From NCBI RefSeq assembly GCF_905203285.1, contig NZ_CAJKVK010000001.1, positions 10,802-74,801 of the forward strand: a DNA stretch of 64,000 bases. Direction: 5' to 3'. Source of the DNA: an uncultured Succinatimonas sp. (GTDB lineage Bacteria > Pseudomonadota > Gammaproteobacteria > Enterobacterales > Succinivibrionaceae). Positions 10,397 through 17,870 of this stretch are shown here, piece after piece. The notes under the pieces are model-generated. The model was not told the DNA's origin. It was given only the letters and a program-made list of their open reading frames with translations, and searched no databases. Both the position numbers and the translations under genes were made by a program. Position 1 is the first letter of the stretch. Every line of letters starts with the position of its first letter.

Positions 10397-11389
10397 TTGG
10401 TTAGTATTGTCGATATTGCTAAAGAGTGCGGCGTTACTCCGTCAACTGTTTCGCGTGCTTTAAACGGTAAAGACGGTGTCTCAGAGGCATTAAGGGATAA
10501 GATCATAAAAACAAGCGTTGAGCTTGGCTATGAATCAAATGAAAAAGCCCGCTGGCTTGCCACCAAAGAAAGCCGGCAAATCGGCTTGATTCTTCCTGAT
10601 ATCACTTCTCCTTTTTATGCCGCAATCGCCAAAGGAGTATGTGATTATTTAAGGCCGCTTGGCTACAGCGTGCTTTTGTGTAATTCTTCCCGCGATCGCA
10701 ACGAAGAAAAAGAAAACATTAAATTACTGCAGCGTCAAAGAGTAGACGGCGTAGTAATTATTTCCGTAACCGCAAAAGAAGAAGAGCTTTTTCCTCTTGT
10801 TAAAAGCGGCATTAAAGTGGTAGCTGCCGACGTTGAAATCGGTCCGAGTTTTTCAAGCGTAGTTAATGATAACTATCAAGGCGCGCTGATGTTGTTTCGG
10901 CACATGATAAAGTGCGGGAGCAGGAACATAGGCTGCATTTTAGGTGAGGCGCAGTCCCAAACTACTGTTGATCGACTCAATGCCTTAAAACGCGTACTTG
11001 AGGAAAACTCCATTACATTTAATAAAGATAACGTTATTTACACTGATGCTACTTTTGAAAACGGCTATAAAAAAGCAAAACAGCTTATAAGTAAAAAAAT
11101 AGATTCCCTTTTTGCCATTAATGATACCGTGGCTTTAGGCGTGATTAAGTACTGTCAGGATCACGGCATTAATATTCCTCATGATCTTAAGGTCGCAGGT
11201 TATGACGATCTTGAGATCGGAAGCATGATTGATGTTCCTTTAACTACGGTGCATCAGCGTAAGGTATTGCTTGGCAGAAAAGCCGCGGAGTTATTGCTTC
11301 AGGAAATAAAATCCCATTCCGAGCCGTTTAAGATCGTTTTGGCTCCTAAGCTTACCGTTCGTTCTTCTTGTGGGGAGAAGCTTCTTTAA
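10397..11389 (+). CDS. LacI/GalR-family transcriptional regulator
   Basis: N-terminal HTH (VSIVDIAKECGVTPSTVSRALNG) followed by a periplasmic-binding-protein-like sugar-binding core. Apparent TTG start. Confidence 0.85.
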   Translation: MVSIVDIAKECGVTPSTVSRALNGKDGVSEALRDKIIKTSVELGYESNEKARWLATKESRQIGLILPDITSPFYAAIAKGVCDYLRPLGYSVLLCNSSRDRNEEKENIKLLQRQRVDGVVIISVTAKEEELFPLVKSGIKVVAADVEIGPSFSSVVNDNYQGALMLFRHMIKCGSRNIGCILGEAQSQTTVDRLNALKRVLEENSITFNKDNVIYTDATFENGYKKAKQLISKKIDSLFAINDTVALGVIKYCQDHGINIPHDLKVAGYDDLEIGSMIDVPLTTVHQRKVLLGRKAAELLLQEIKSHSEPFKIVLAPKLTVRSSCGEKLL

Positions 11390-11450
11390 AAAATAGTTTT
11401 GCGGATTTTGTCAGTAAATGTCCGCAATTTGTGATAGTTGTCACTGTAGT

Positions 11451-11466
11451 CAAACGTTTGCGCAAA
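11451..11466. promoter_or_regulatory. overlapping palindromes CAAACGTTTG and TTTGCGCAAA (LacI-family operator-like) about 50 bp upstream of transketolase
   Basis: CAAACGTTTG is the core of classic PurR/CcpA/LacI-type operators. Seen directly in the sequence. Confidence 0.45.
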
Positions 11467-11516
11467 TATACTCAAATTATATAGTCCAATAAATGTTTTT
11501 TAATTTCGGAGTATGT

Positions 11517-12332
11517 ATGCAAGCTGATTTACAGCAGATAGCCGCTAAATTACGCGGTTTGGCATTGGAAGCTATATTTGCAGGCGGCTCGGGACATCCG
11601 GGCGGATCCTTGTCTTTAGGCGAAATCATGGCAGTTTTGTATTTTGAGGCTGCAAATATTGATGCAAACGATCCTAAAAACCCCAAGCGCGATCGCGTTG
11701 TTTTAAGTAAGGGCCATGCCTGCCCGATTTTATATGCCGCATTATGCCTTAAGGGCTTTATTACCAAGGAACAATTGCTTTCATTGCGCCATACCGACAG
11801 CTTCCTTCAGGGCCATCCGGATATGAAGGGAACCCCCGGCGTTGACATGTCAACCGGATCTTTAGGTCAGGGTATCTCGGCAGCTTGCGGCATCGCGATG
11901 GGCGCTAAGCTTAAAAAAGAAGATTTTCATGTTTATGCAATTTTAGGCGACGGTGAGCTTGATGAAGGTCAGGTTTGGGAAGCTCTGATGTTTGCCGCTC
12001 ACTACAAGCTTGATAATCTTACGATTATCGTTGATCACAACGGTTTGCAGATTGACGGACCTAACAGCGAGGTTATGGATTTATCCAACTTAAAGGCACG
12101 TTTTGATGCTTTTGGTTTAAATACCATTGAAATTGACGGAAATAATCTTGATGAAGTAAGACAATCTCTTGCGCTTGCCCGTGAAGTGAAAGGCAAACCT
12201 ACTCTTATCCTTGCCAATACCGTTAAAGGTAAGGGAGTAAGCTTCATGGAAAATCAGGTAGGTTGGCACGGCAAAGCCCCGAGCAAAGAAGATTTGGCTA
12301 AGGCACTTGCAGAGTTAGGCGTAGAGGAATAA
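11517..12332 (+). CDS. transketolase, N-terminal (TPP-binding) subunit of a split transketolase
   Basis: TPP motifs GHPGGSLS and GDGELDEGQVWEA. Protein is ~270 aa, and the C-terminal half is encoded by the next gene. A GGAG RBS precedes the ATG at 11517. Confidence 0.85.
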   Translation: MQADLQQIAAKLRGLALEAIFAGGSGHPGGSLSLGEIMAVLYFEAANIDANDPKNPKRDRVVLSKGHACPILYAALCLKGFITKEQLLSLRHTDSFLQGHPDMKGTPGVDMSTGSLGQGISAACGIAMGAKLKKEDFHVYAILGDGELDEGQVWEALMFAAHYKLDNLTIIVDHNGLQIDGPNSEVMDLSNLKARFDAFGLNTIEIDGNNLDEVRQSLALAREVKGKPTLILANTVKGKGVSFMENQVGWHGKAPSKEDLAKALAELGVEE

Positions 12333-12337
12333 AGAAA

Positions 12338-13252
12338 ATGAAAGCAAATCGACAGGCATTCGGTGAAGCTTTAGTAGAGCTTTACAAATCAAAGCCCAAC
12401 ATCGTCTCCCTTGACGCTGATTTGGCTGCAGCTACTTACAGCGCTGTCTTCCAAAAAGAACATCCTGAATCTTTTATTGACTGCGGTATTGCCGAGCAGA
12501 ATATGATGACCGTGGCGGCAGGTTTGTCAACTACAGGTCTTATTCCTTTTGTCAGCACCTTTGCCGTTTTTGCAAGTCTCCGCGCCGGAGAACAGTTCCG
12601 CAACAGCATTTGTTATCCGCACCTTAACGTTAAAGTTGTAGGCACCCACGCAGGTATTGAATGCGGCGCTGACGGCGCTACCCATCAGGCCCTTGAGGAT
12701 ATCGCCCTGATGCGTACCATTCCGGGAACCGTCGTTTTGGCTCCGGCTGACGCATACGCCACTCGCGCTCTCGTGTTTGCGATGGCGGATCATGAAGGTC
12801 CTTGCTATATGCGTGTGGGCCGCGACAAAGTAGAAGAGATTTATGACGCTTCAGCTAAATTTGAAATCGGCGGATCTCATTGCTTGCGCAAGGGCGATAA
12901 AGCAGCAATTTTAGCCGCAGGCGACAGAGTACAAAGCGCTCTTGAGGCAGCTTCAATTTTAGAAAAAGAAGGCATTAAGGTCAGCGTCTACGATATGTAC
13001 TCAATTAAGCCTTTAGATGAAAATGCCGTTAAAGAAGCTGCAGAATGCGGATTAATCGTGACGGTTGAAGATCATCAGAAGGTCGGCGGATTAGGCAGTG
13101 CCGTTTGTGAGTGCGTACGCCGCAATAAGCCGTGCAAAGTCGTAACCATGGGCATGGAGAGCTTCGGACGCTCAGGCCCGTCTTCAGAACTATTCAAATT
13201 TTACGGTTTAGATGCTGATGCAATAGTTAAAACCGTTAAAGAAAATATTTAA
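12338..13252 (+). CDS. transketolase, C-terminal (pyrimidine-binding/transketolase-C) subunit
   Basis: 304 aa matching the transketolase Pyr and C-terminal domains. Lies 5 nt after the N-terminal subunit gene. Confidence 0.85.
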   Translation: MKANRQAFGEALVELYKSKPNIVSLDADLAAATYSAVFQKEHPESFIDCGIAEQNMMTVAAGLSTTGLIPFVSTFAVFASLRAGEQFRNSICYPHLNVKVVGTHAGIECGADGATHQALEDIALMRTIPGTVVLAPADAYATRALVFAMADHEGPCYMRVGRDKVEEIYDASAKFEIGGSHCLRKGDKAAILAAGDRVQSALEAASILEKEGIKVSVYDMYSIKPLDENAVKEAAECGLIVTVEDHQKVGGLGSAVCECVRRNKPCKVVTMGMESFGRSGPSSELFKFYGLDADAIVKTVKENI

Positions 13253-13280
13253 TAAAAACCGTTTTTATCACTGTGAGGAG

Positions 13281-14282
13281 ATGAACATGAAAGTTAAAAC
13301 TATGTTAGGTGCAGCTTTAGCTGCCGCATTGATGGCAAGTGCCGGTATGTCCCAGGCTGATGATACCATCACCATGCGTTTTGCCAACGCTACCAACCAG
13401 GCGGCAAAAGACGCAGCTGTAGCAATGATTGACGTGGTACAGAAAGAATCTGGCGGTACCATTCAAATCAAACATTTCCCTGACAATATGTTAGGTGATG
13501 ACCGTGTTGCTATCGAGTCCACCATTATGGGTGATATCGATATCGTTTTGGCACAGCCTTCAACTTTAACTTCATTTATTCCTGACGTTTATTTGTGGGA
13601 CGCTCCGTTCTTGTTTGCCACCGCTGAAGATGCAATCCGCTGCTTTAACAGCGATATCGGCAAGACCATTAACGGTAAAGTAGAAAGCCGCAATCTTCAC
13701 TACTTCACCATGGTAGGCAACGGCTTCCGTCACTACACCAACAATAAAGTTGCAGTAAAGGTTCCTGCTGACGTCGCAGGCGCTAAGGTTCGTGTACAGG
13801 AATCTGAAATTCAGATGGCTCAGTGGAAAGCCTGGGGCGCAAATCCTACCCCGATGGCCTTTGCTGAAGTATTGCCGGCTTTGCAGCAGGGCACTATCGA
13901 CGCTCAGGAGAACCCTCTTGCCATTATCGATGCCAACAAGCTTTATGAAGTTCAGCACTATATTTCATTGACCGGTCATCAGTACAGCCCGCAGATCCTG
14001 CTTATGAATAAAGCACGCTGGGAATCTTTGTCCGATGCTCAGAAGAAGGCTATGAACGACGGTGTGGAAACCTTCATTAAAGTTCAGCGCGAGCGCTCTA
14101 TTGAACTAGACGCTCTTTCCGAGAAGAAGTTCAAGGACGCAGGCTGCGAAATCATTACTCTTACCGATGCTGAGCGCCAGCAGTGGATTGACAAAGCCAA
14201 AGAAGGCGGCGTTTATGACTTGGTCAAGAGCATGATGGATACTCCTGAGTACGTTGACCGCGTCTTGAATAAAGACTACTAA
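13281..14282 (+). CDS. TRAP transporter substrate-binding protein (DctP family)
   Basis: Signal peptide. DctP-family fold, 333 aa. Followed by DctQ and DctM genes. An alternative start lies at 13287. Confidence 0.85.
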   Translation: MNMKVKTMLGAALAAALMASAGMSQADDTITMRFANATNQAAKDAAVAMIDVVQKESGGTIQIKHFPDNMLGDDRVAIESTIMGDIDIVLAQPSTLTSFIPDVYLWDAPFLFATAEDAIRCFNSDIGKTINGKVESRNLHYFTMVGNGFRHYTNNKVAVKVPADVAGAKVRVQESEIQMAQWKAWGANPTPMAFAEVLPALQQGTIDAQENPLAIIDANKLYEVQHYISLTGHQYSPQILLMNKARWESLSDAQKKAMNDGVETFIKVQRERSIELDALSEKKFKDAGCEIITLTDAERQQWIDKAKEGGVYDLVKSMMDTPEYVDRVLNKDY

Positions 14283-14356
14283 TCCCTCTATTTAAGCCTC
14301 CACGTTCGTGGAGGCTTTAACTTAGCCTCAGTCTGTTCCCTATATTCTGCGGTTTT

Positions 14357-14869
14357 ATGATGAAAATATTAGATTTTTTAAATAATAAATTAGAGATGTG
14401 GATTTGCGTGATCTTGATGTCGGCTATCGGTATCGTACTCAGCTTCCAGGTTATCATGCGCTATATTTTCCATTCATCTTTAGGCTGGTCAGAAGAACTT
14501 GCACGTTATATGTTCGTGTGGCTTGTTTTTATCGGCATCAGCTATGGTGCCAAAGTCATGCGTCATATTAAGATTGATGCCTTTTTATTTTTGTTCCCTA
14601 AAATTCTTCGTCCGTACGTAGTTATCTTAGGTGACGTTCTTTCATTGGTTTTTGCTATAGCCGTAATTTATTTAGGTTGGGGCATGGTTCAGACTCAGCT
14701 TATGATTGGACAGTTATCACCTGCAATGCGTATTCCTATGTGGATTGTGTATTTAGCTCCTATCGTAGGCTTCGGATTGGCATCCATTCGCCTGATTCAG
14801 GGAATTATTTACCATATTAAGCATTTAAAAGACGGCGAAGGTGATCCTAATGCCGAGATTGAGCAGTAG
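14357..14869 (+). CDS. TRAP transporter small permease (DctQ family)
   Basis: 170 aa with 4 TM segments, located between the DctP and DctM genes. Confidence 0.8.
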   Translation: MMKILDFLNNKLEMWICVILMSAIGIVLSFQVIMRYIFHSSLGWSEELARYMFVWLVFIGISYGAKVMRHIKIDAFLFLFPKILRPYVVILGDVLSLVFAIAVIYLGWGMVQTQLMIGQLSPAMRIPMWIVYLAPIVGFGLASIRLIQGIIYHIKHLKDGEGDPNAEIEQ

Positions 14870-14880
14870 GGAGTAGCAAG

Positions 14881-16161
14881 ATGGCATCAACAGTTCTTTT
14901 AGTTTCTCTTGCGATCTTTTTGATCTTAAATATGCCGGTCGGTCTTGCAATCGGCTTGTCCACTCTTGCGGCTTTACTTACCGGAGAGACATTAAGCCTT
15001 AATGCTCTTTCTCAGCAGATGGTAATTAGCTGCGATTCTTTCCCGATTCTGGCTGTTCCTTTGTTTATTTTGGCTGGCGACTTGATGGGAGCCGGCGGCG
15101 TATCCCGCAGAATTTTAAATGTCTGTAACGTCTTTTTCGGACGCATCACCGGCGGTCTTGCAATCGTTACCGTTTTAGTCTGCATGTTCTTTGCCGCAGT
15201 TTCAGGCTCTGGTCCTGCAACCGTGGCTGCCGTAGGCTCCATGGTTATTCCTACCATGATCGAGCTTGGCTACAAGCGCTCTTTCGTTTTGGCCTTAGTC
15301 GCAACGGCCGGAACTATCGGCGTAATTATTCCGCCGTCTATTCCGATGGTGCTTTACGGTGTTTCTACCGGAACTTCCGTTACCTCTTTGTTTATGGGCG
15401 GATTTTTCCCAGGCTTTTTAATCGGCGGCGCTTTGATGCTCTATTCCTATATTTACTGCAAGGTAAAAGGATATAAGGGACACAGTGAGCCGTTCTCCGG
15501 TAAAAAAGCATGGGATGCCGTATGGGAAGCCAAGTGGGCTTTAATTAACCCGATCATCATTTTAGGCGGTATTTACGCCGGTATCTTCACTCCTACCGAA
15601 GCTGCCGCAATCGCCGCTTTGTATGCATTTATCTGCGGTGCCTTCATTCACCGCGAGCTTGATGCAAAAGGCTTATTTAAAGCAATTGCCACTTCATGCT
15701 GCACGACCGGTACCGTTATGGTAATTTTGGCATGCGCGACCGGTTTCTCCAAGATTTTAACCGTAGAGCAGGTTCCGCAGCTTGTAACTCAAACATTGCT
15801 TGAGATCACCGACAGCAAGATTGTCTTGTTAATTTTGATTAACATCATGCTGCTTATCGTCGGATGCTTTATGGATCAGACCCCTGCAATTTTGATTTTG
15901 GCTCCGATCCTTTTACCGGTTGCCGTTTCTTTAGGTCTCGATCCGGTTCACTTCGGCCTTATCATGGTCGCAAACCTTGCCATCGGCTTTATTACCCCGC
16001 CTTTGGGCATGGCGCTCTTCGTGGCGGCTCGTATTTCCAATACGAAGCTTGAAGTCGTGTTAAAAGGCATCGTTCCGTTTATCTTCCTGACTATCGGTAC
16101 TTTGACTTTGATTACTTTCATTCCACAGATCACTATGTTCTTGCCGAATTTGATGAAGTAA
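14881..16161 (+). CDS. TRAP transporter large permease (DctM family)
   Basis: 426-aa polytopic membrane protein of the DctM family. Confidence 0.88.
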   Translation: MASTVLLVSLAIFLILNMPVGLAIGLSTLAALLTGETLSLNALSQQMVISCDSFPILAVPLFILAGDLMGAGGVSRRILNVCNVFFGRITGGLAIVTVLVCMFFAAVSGSGPATVAAVGSMVIPTMIELGYKRSFVLALVATAGTIGVIIPPSIPMVLYGVSTGTSVTSLFMGGFFPGFLIGGALMLYSYIYCKVKGYKGHSEPFSGKKAWDAVWEAKWALINPIIILGGIYAGIFTPTEAAAIAALYAFICGAFIHRELDAKGLFKAIATSCCTTGTVMVILACATGFSKILTVEQVPQLVTQTLLEITDSKIVLLILINIMLLIVGCFMDQTPAILILAPILLPVAVSLGLDPVHFGLIMVANLAIGFITPPLGMALFVAARISNTKLEVVLKGIVPFIFLTIGTLTLITFIPQITMFLPNLMK

Positions 16162-16195
16162 TAGATAGTTAATTAATAGATATTTAAGAAAAATT

Positions 16196-16233
16196 AAAAC
16201 CGATCTTGCGTAAATGTAGGATCGGTTTTTTTG
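16196..16233 (+). terminator. rho-independent terminator after the TRAP operon
   Basis: Stem AAAACCGATC/GATCGGTTTT followed by a TTTTTTT run. Confidence 0.7.
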
Positions 16234-16277
16234 TTGGATTGCACTACGGTTTTTATCCGATAAAAAAGCTCCTAATG

Positions 16278-16532
16278 TTAATAGTGCTCTTTAGATTGGA
16301 TAATTTCACAGCAATCGTTTTTTACAACGAAAACTAAGCGATTCTTTAAGTCGATTCGTCTGCTCCAATATCCCGAATACTCATATTTTAATTGTTCAGA
16401 GCTCCCCGCTCCTTCATATGGAGATCTTGTTATAGCCTCAATTAAGTTATTTATTTTCTTTAATGCCTTTTTATCTGTTTGCTGCCAATACAGATACTCG
16501 TCCCATGCTGCTTTAGAAAAGATAATATTCAG
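16278..16532 (-). CDS. YoeB/Txe-family type II toxin (RelE superfamily mRNA interferase). No canonical start codon
   Basis: Manual translation gives LNIIFSKAAWDEYLYWQQTDKKALKKINNLIEAITRSPYEGAGSSEQLKYEYSGYWSRRIDLKNRLVFVVKND...KEHY. This is collinear with E. coli YoeB (SEESWDDYLYWQETDK...FWSRRI...RYHY), and the catalytic E/R/H/Y positions are conserved. The frame opens immediately after the antitoxin TAA with CTG AAT ATT ATC, and there is no in-frame ATG, GTG or TTG. Confidence 0.75.
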   Translation of the reverse strand: MNIIFSKAAWDEYLYWQQTDKKALKKINNLIEAITRSPYEGAGSSEQLKYEYSGYWSRRIDLKNRLVFVVKNDCCEIIQSKEHY

Positions 16533-16799
16533 TTATTCCTCCAAAGCTCTTAACTCTTGCATTGTTTTTGTGACTTTTTCTTCATTGTTTAAAGACCAAA
16601 TGCTGTGATCCAAAGCTTCCCGATTGGCTTTAGAGTAAAAAGAATCAGCAGTAGGAGTAAAAGGCAACTTACGAAGATTAACCATTTGTGTTAAACACAT
16701 GCGGATCACGGATGTTAAATCAAGGCCCATTGCCTTTGCTGCTTCTTGTGCTTGTTTTTTTAACGTTTCATCAATGCGAACTTGTAATAATGCTGACAT
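16533..16799 (-). CDS. RelB/DinJ-family type II antitoxin
   Basis: 88 aa. VRIDETLKKQAQEAAKAMGLDLTSVIRMCLTQMV...LPF parallels E. coli DinJ (VRARIDEDLKNQAADVLAGMGLTISDLVRITLTKV...LPF). Confidence 0.85.
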   Translation of the reverse strand: MSALLQVRIDETLKKQAQEAAKAMGLDLTSVIRMCLTQMVNLRKLPFTPTADSFYSKANREALDHSIWSLNNEEKVTKTMQELRALEE

Positions 16800-16974
16800 C
16801 TTTGAACTTCTACACTAAATGAATCATGTCTTAACTATAATTGAAAATGTTTTGCGTTACAAACACATACAATACTATTCATAATGTTCATCTGAAGAAA
16901 GTGTTAAAACTTAAATAGTTAGCGTTAATGATTTGTTGAAAAACAAAGATAAATCTATAGAAAGTTGATTTAAG

Positions 16975-17017
16975 AATAAATAAAAATAATGAGCCTTAGT
17001 TTTCATGAAAGGCTCAA
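16975..17017 (-). terminator. rho-independent terminator downstream of the MFS-EIIA/binding-protein operon
   Basis: Stem TGAGCCTT/AAGGCTCA, followed on the minus strand by TTATTTTTATTT. Confidence 0.6.
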
Positions 17018-17043
17018 ATAAAGATGAAACAGTGTTTGTAAGC

Positions 17044-17853
17044 TTATTTACTCTGCCAACCCGGTAAACGTAAATCAAGTTGACCTTTTTCCGTAGGATT
17101 TAATGATCCGAAGCCGAAAGCTTCAAGCAGGGTTTGTGCTTCATCACTTTCTCTTAAAAAGCGGGTGAAGACCAACGCGTCATCGCGTTTTGGCGAGTCG
17201 TCAATAATTAAAGTGTAGTAAAGAATATCAGGATAATATCCGCGCGGAACTACCCAGTATGAACCGTTTGCCATTCTGGTTTTGGAGCTTATTAAAGGGA
17301 GGGTTATAAAACCTGCTTCCACGTTTTGGTTTGCAACCATGGAATGGACTTGGTATTCGTGCTCAGGATAGAAAATTTTATTTTTCAGATATCCTGTCGG
17401 AAATCCTTTGTTAGAGACGATTTGCTTTGCGGCAAAACCCACAGGGGTAAGTCTTGGGTCAGGAATTGCCAGTGATTTTAGTTTTTTGGAGTAAATTGCA
17501 GAAATATTACCGTTAAATAAGCGCGGATTAGCTGACCAAAGAATAAGTTTGGCGCGGGTAAAGGGAATAAAGGATGCAGGGGAGGTCTTATTTAAACGAA
17601 TGAGACTAATAGGCAGTCTTTCATCCGGACTTATTATGACATCGCACTTTAACTTATTATTGATAATTCCGGTATAGATATTGGATGCGGTAGTGTAGTG
17701 AGCATCAAATTCAACCGGAACTTTAGGCGTAAGTGCTTCAAGAGCGTTGTACATTTGCGCGGTGGCGCAAACTTGAAGTTTTTTATCTGAAGCTTGAGCG
17801 CAAAAAGATAAAGACACGATGGCAGCTAAAGCAATAAGTTTTTTAAACAGCAT
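17044..17853 (-). CDS. periplasmic substrate-binding protein, ModA (molybdate/tungstate-binding) fold
   Basis: Signal peptide. Blockwise similarity to ModA (LQVCATAQMYNALEAL vs ITVFAAASLTNAMQDI; DVIISPDERL vs DLFISADQKW). No ABC permease or ATPase genes are adjacent. Confidence 0.6.
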   Translation of the reverse strand: MLFKKLIALAAIVSLSFCAQASDKKLQVCATAQMYNALEALTPKVPVEFDAHYTTASNIYTGIINNKLKCDVIISPDERLPISLIRLNKTSPASFIPFTRAKLILWSANPRLFNGNISAIYSKKLKSLAIPDPRLTPVGFAAKQIVSNKGFPTGYLKNKIFYPEHEYQVHSMVANQNVEAGFITLPLISSKTRMANGSYWVVPRGYYPDILYYTLIIDDSPKRDDALVFTRFLRESDEAQTLLEAFGFGSLNPTEKGQLDLRLPGWQSK

Positions 17854-17870
17854 AAAATTTACAAAAATAA

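Noticed and set aside
11493-11516. Upstream alternative start (MFFNFGVC...) for the transketolase N-terminal subunit
   Set aside because: The GGAG RBS is positioned for the ATG at 11517, and the extension overlaps the operator palindromes and adds a non-conserved N-terminus.
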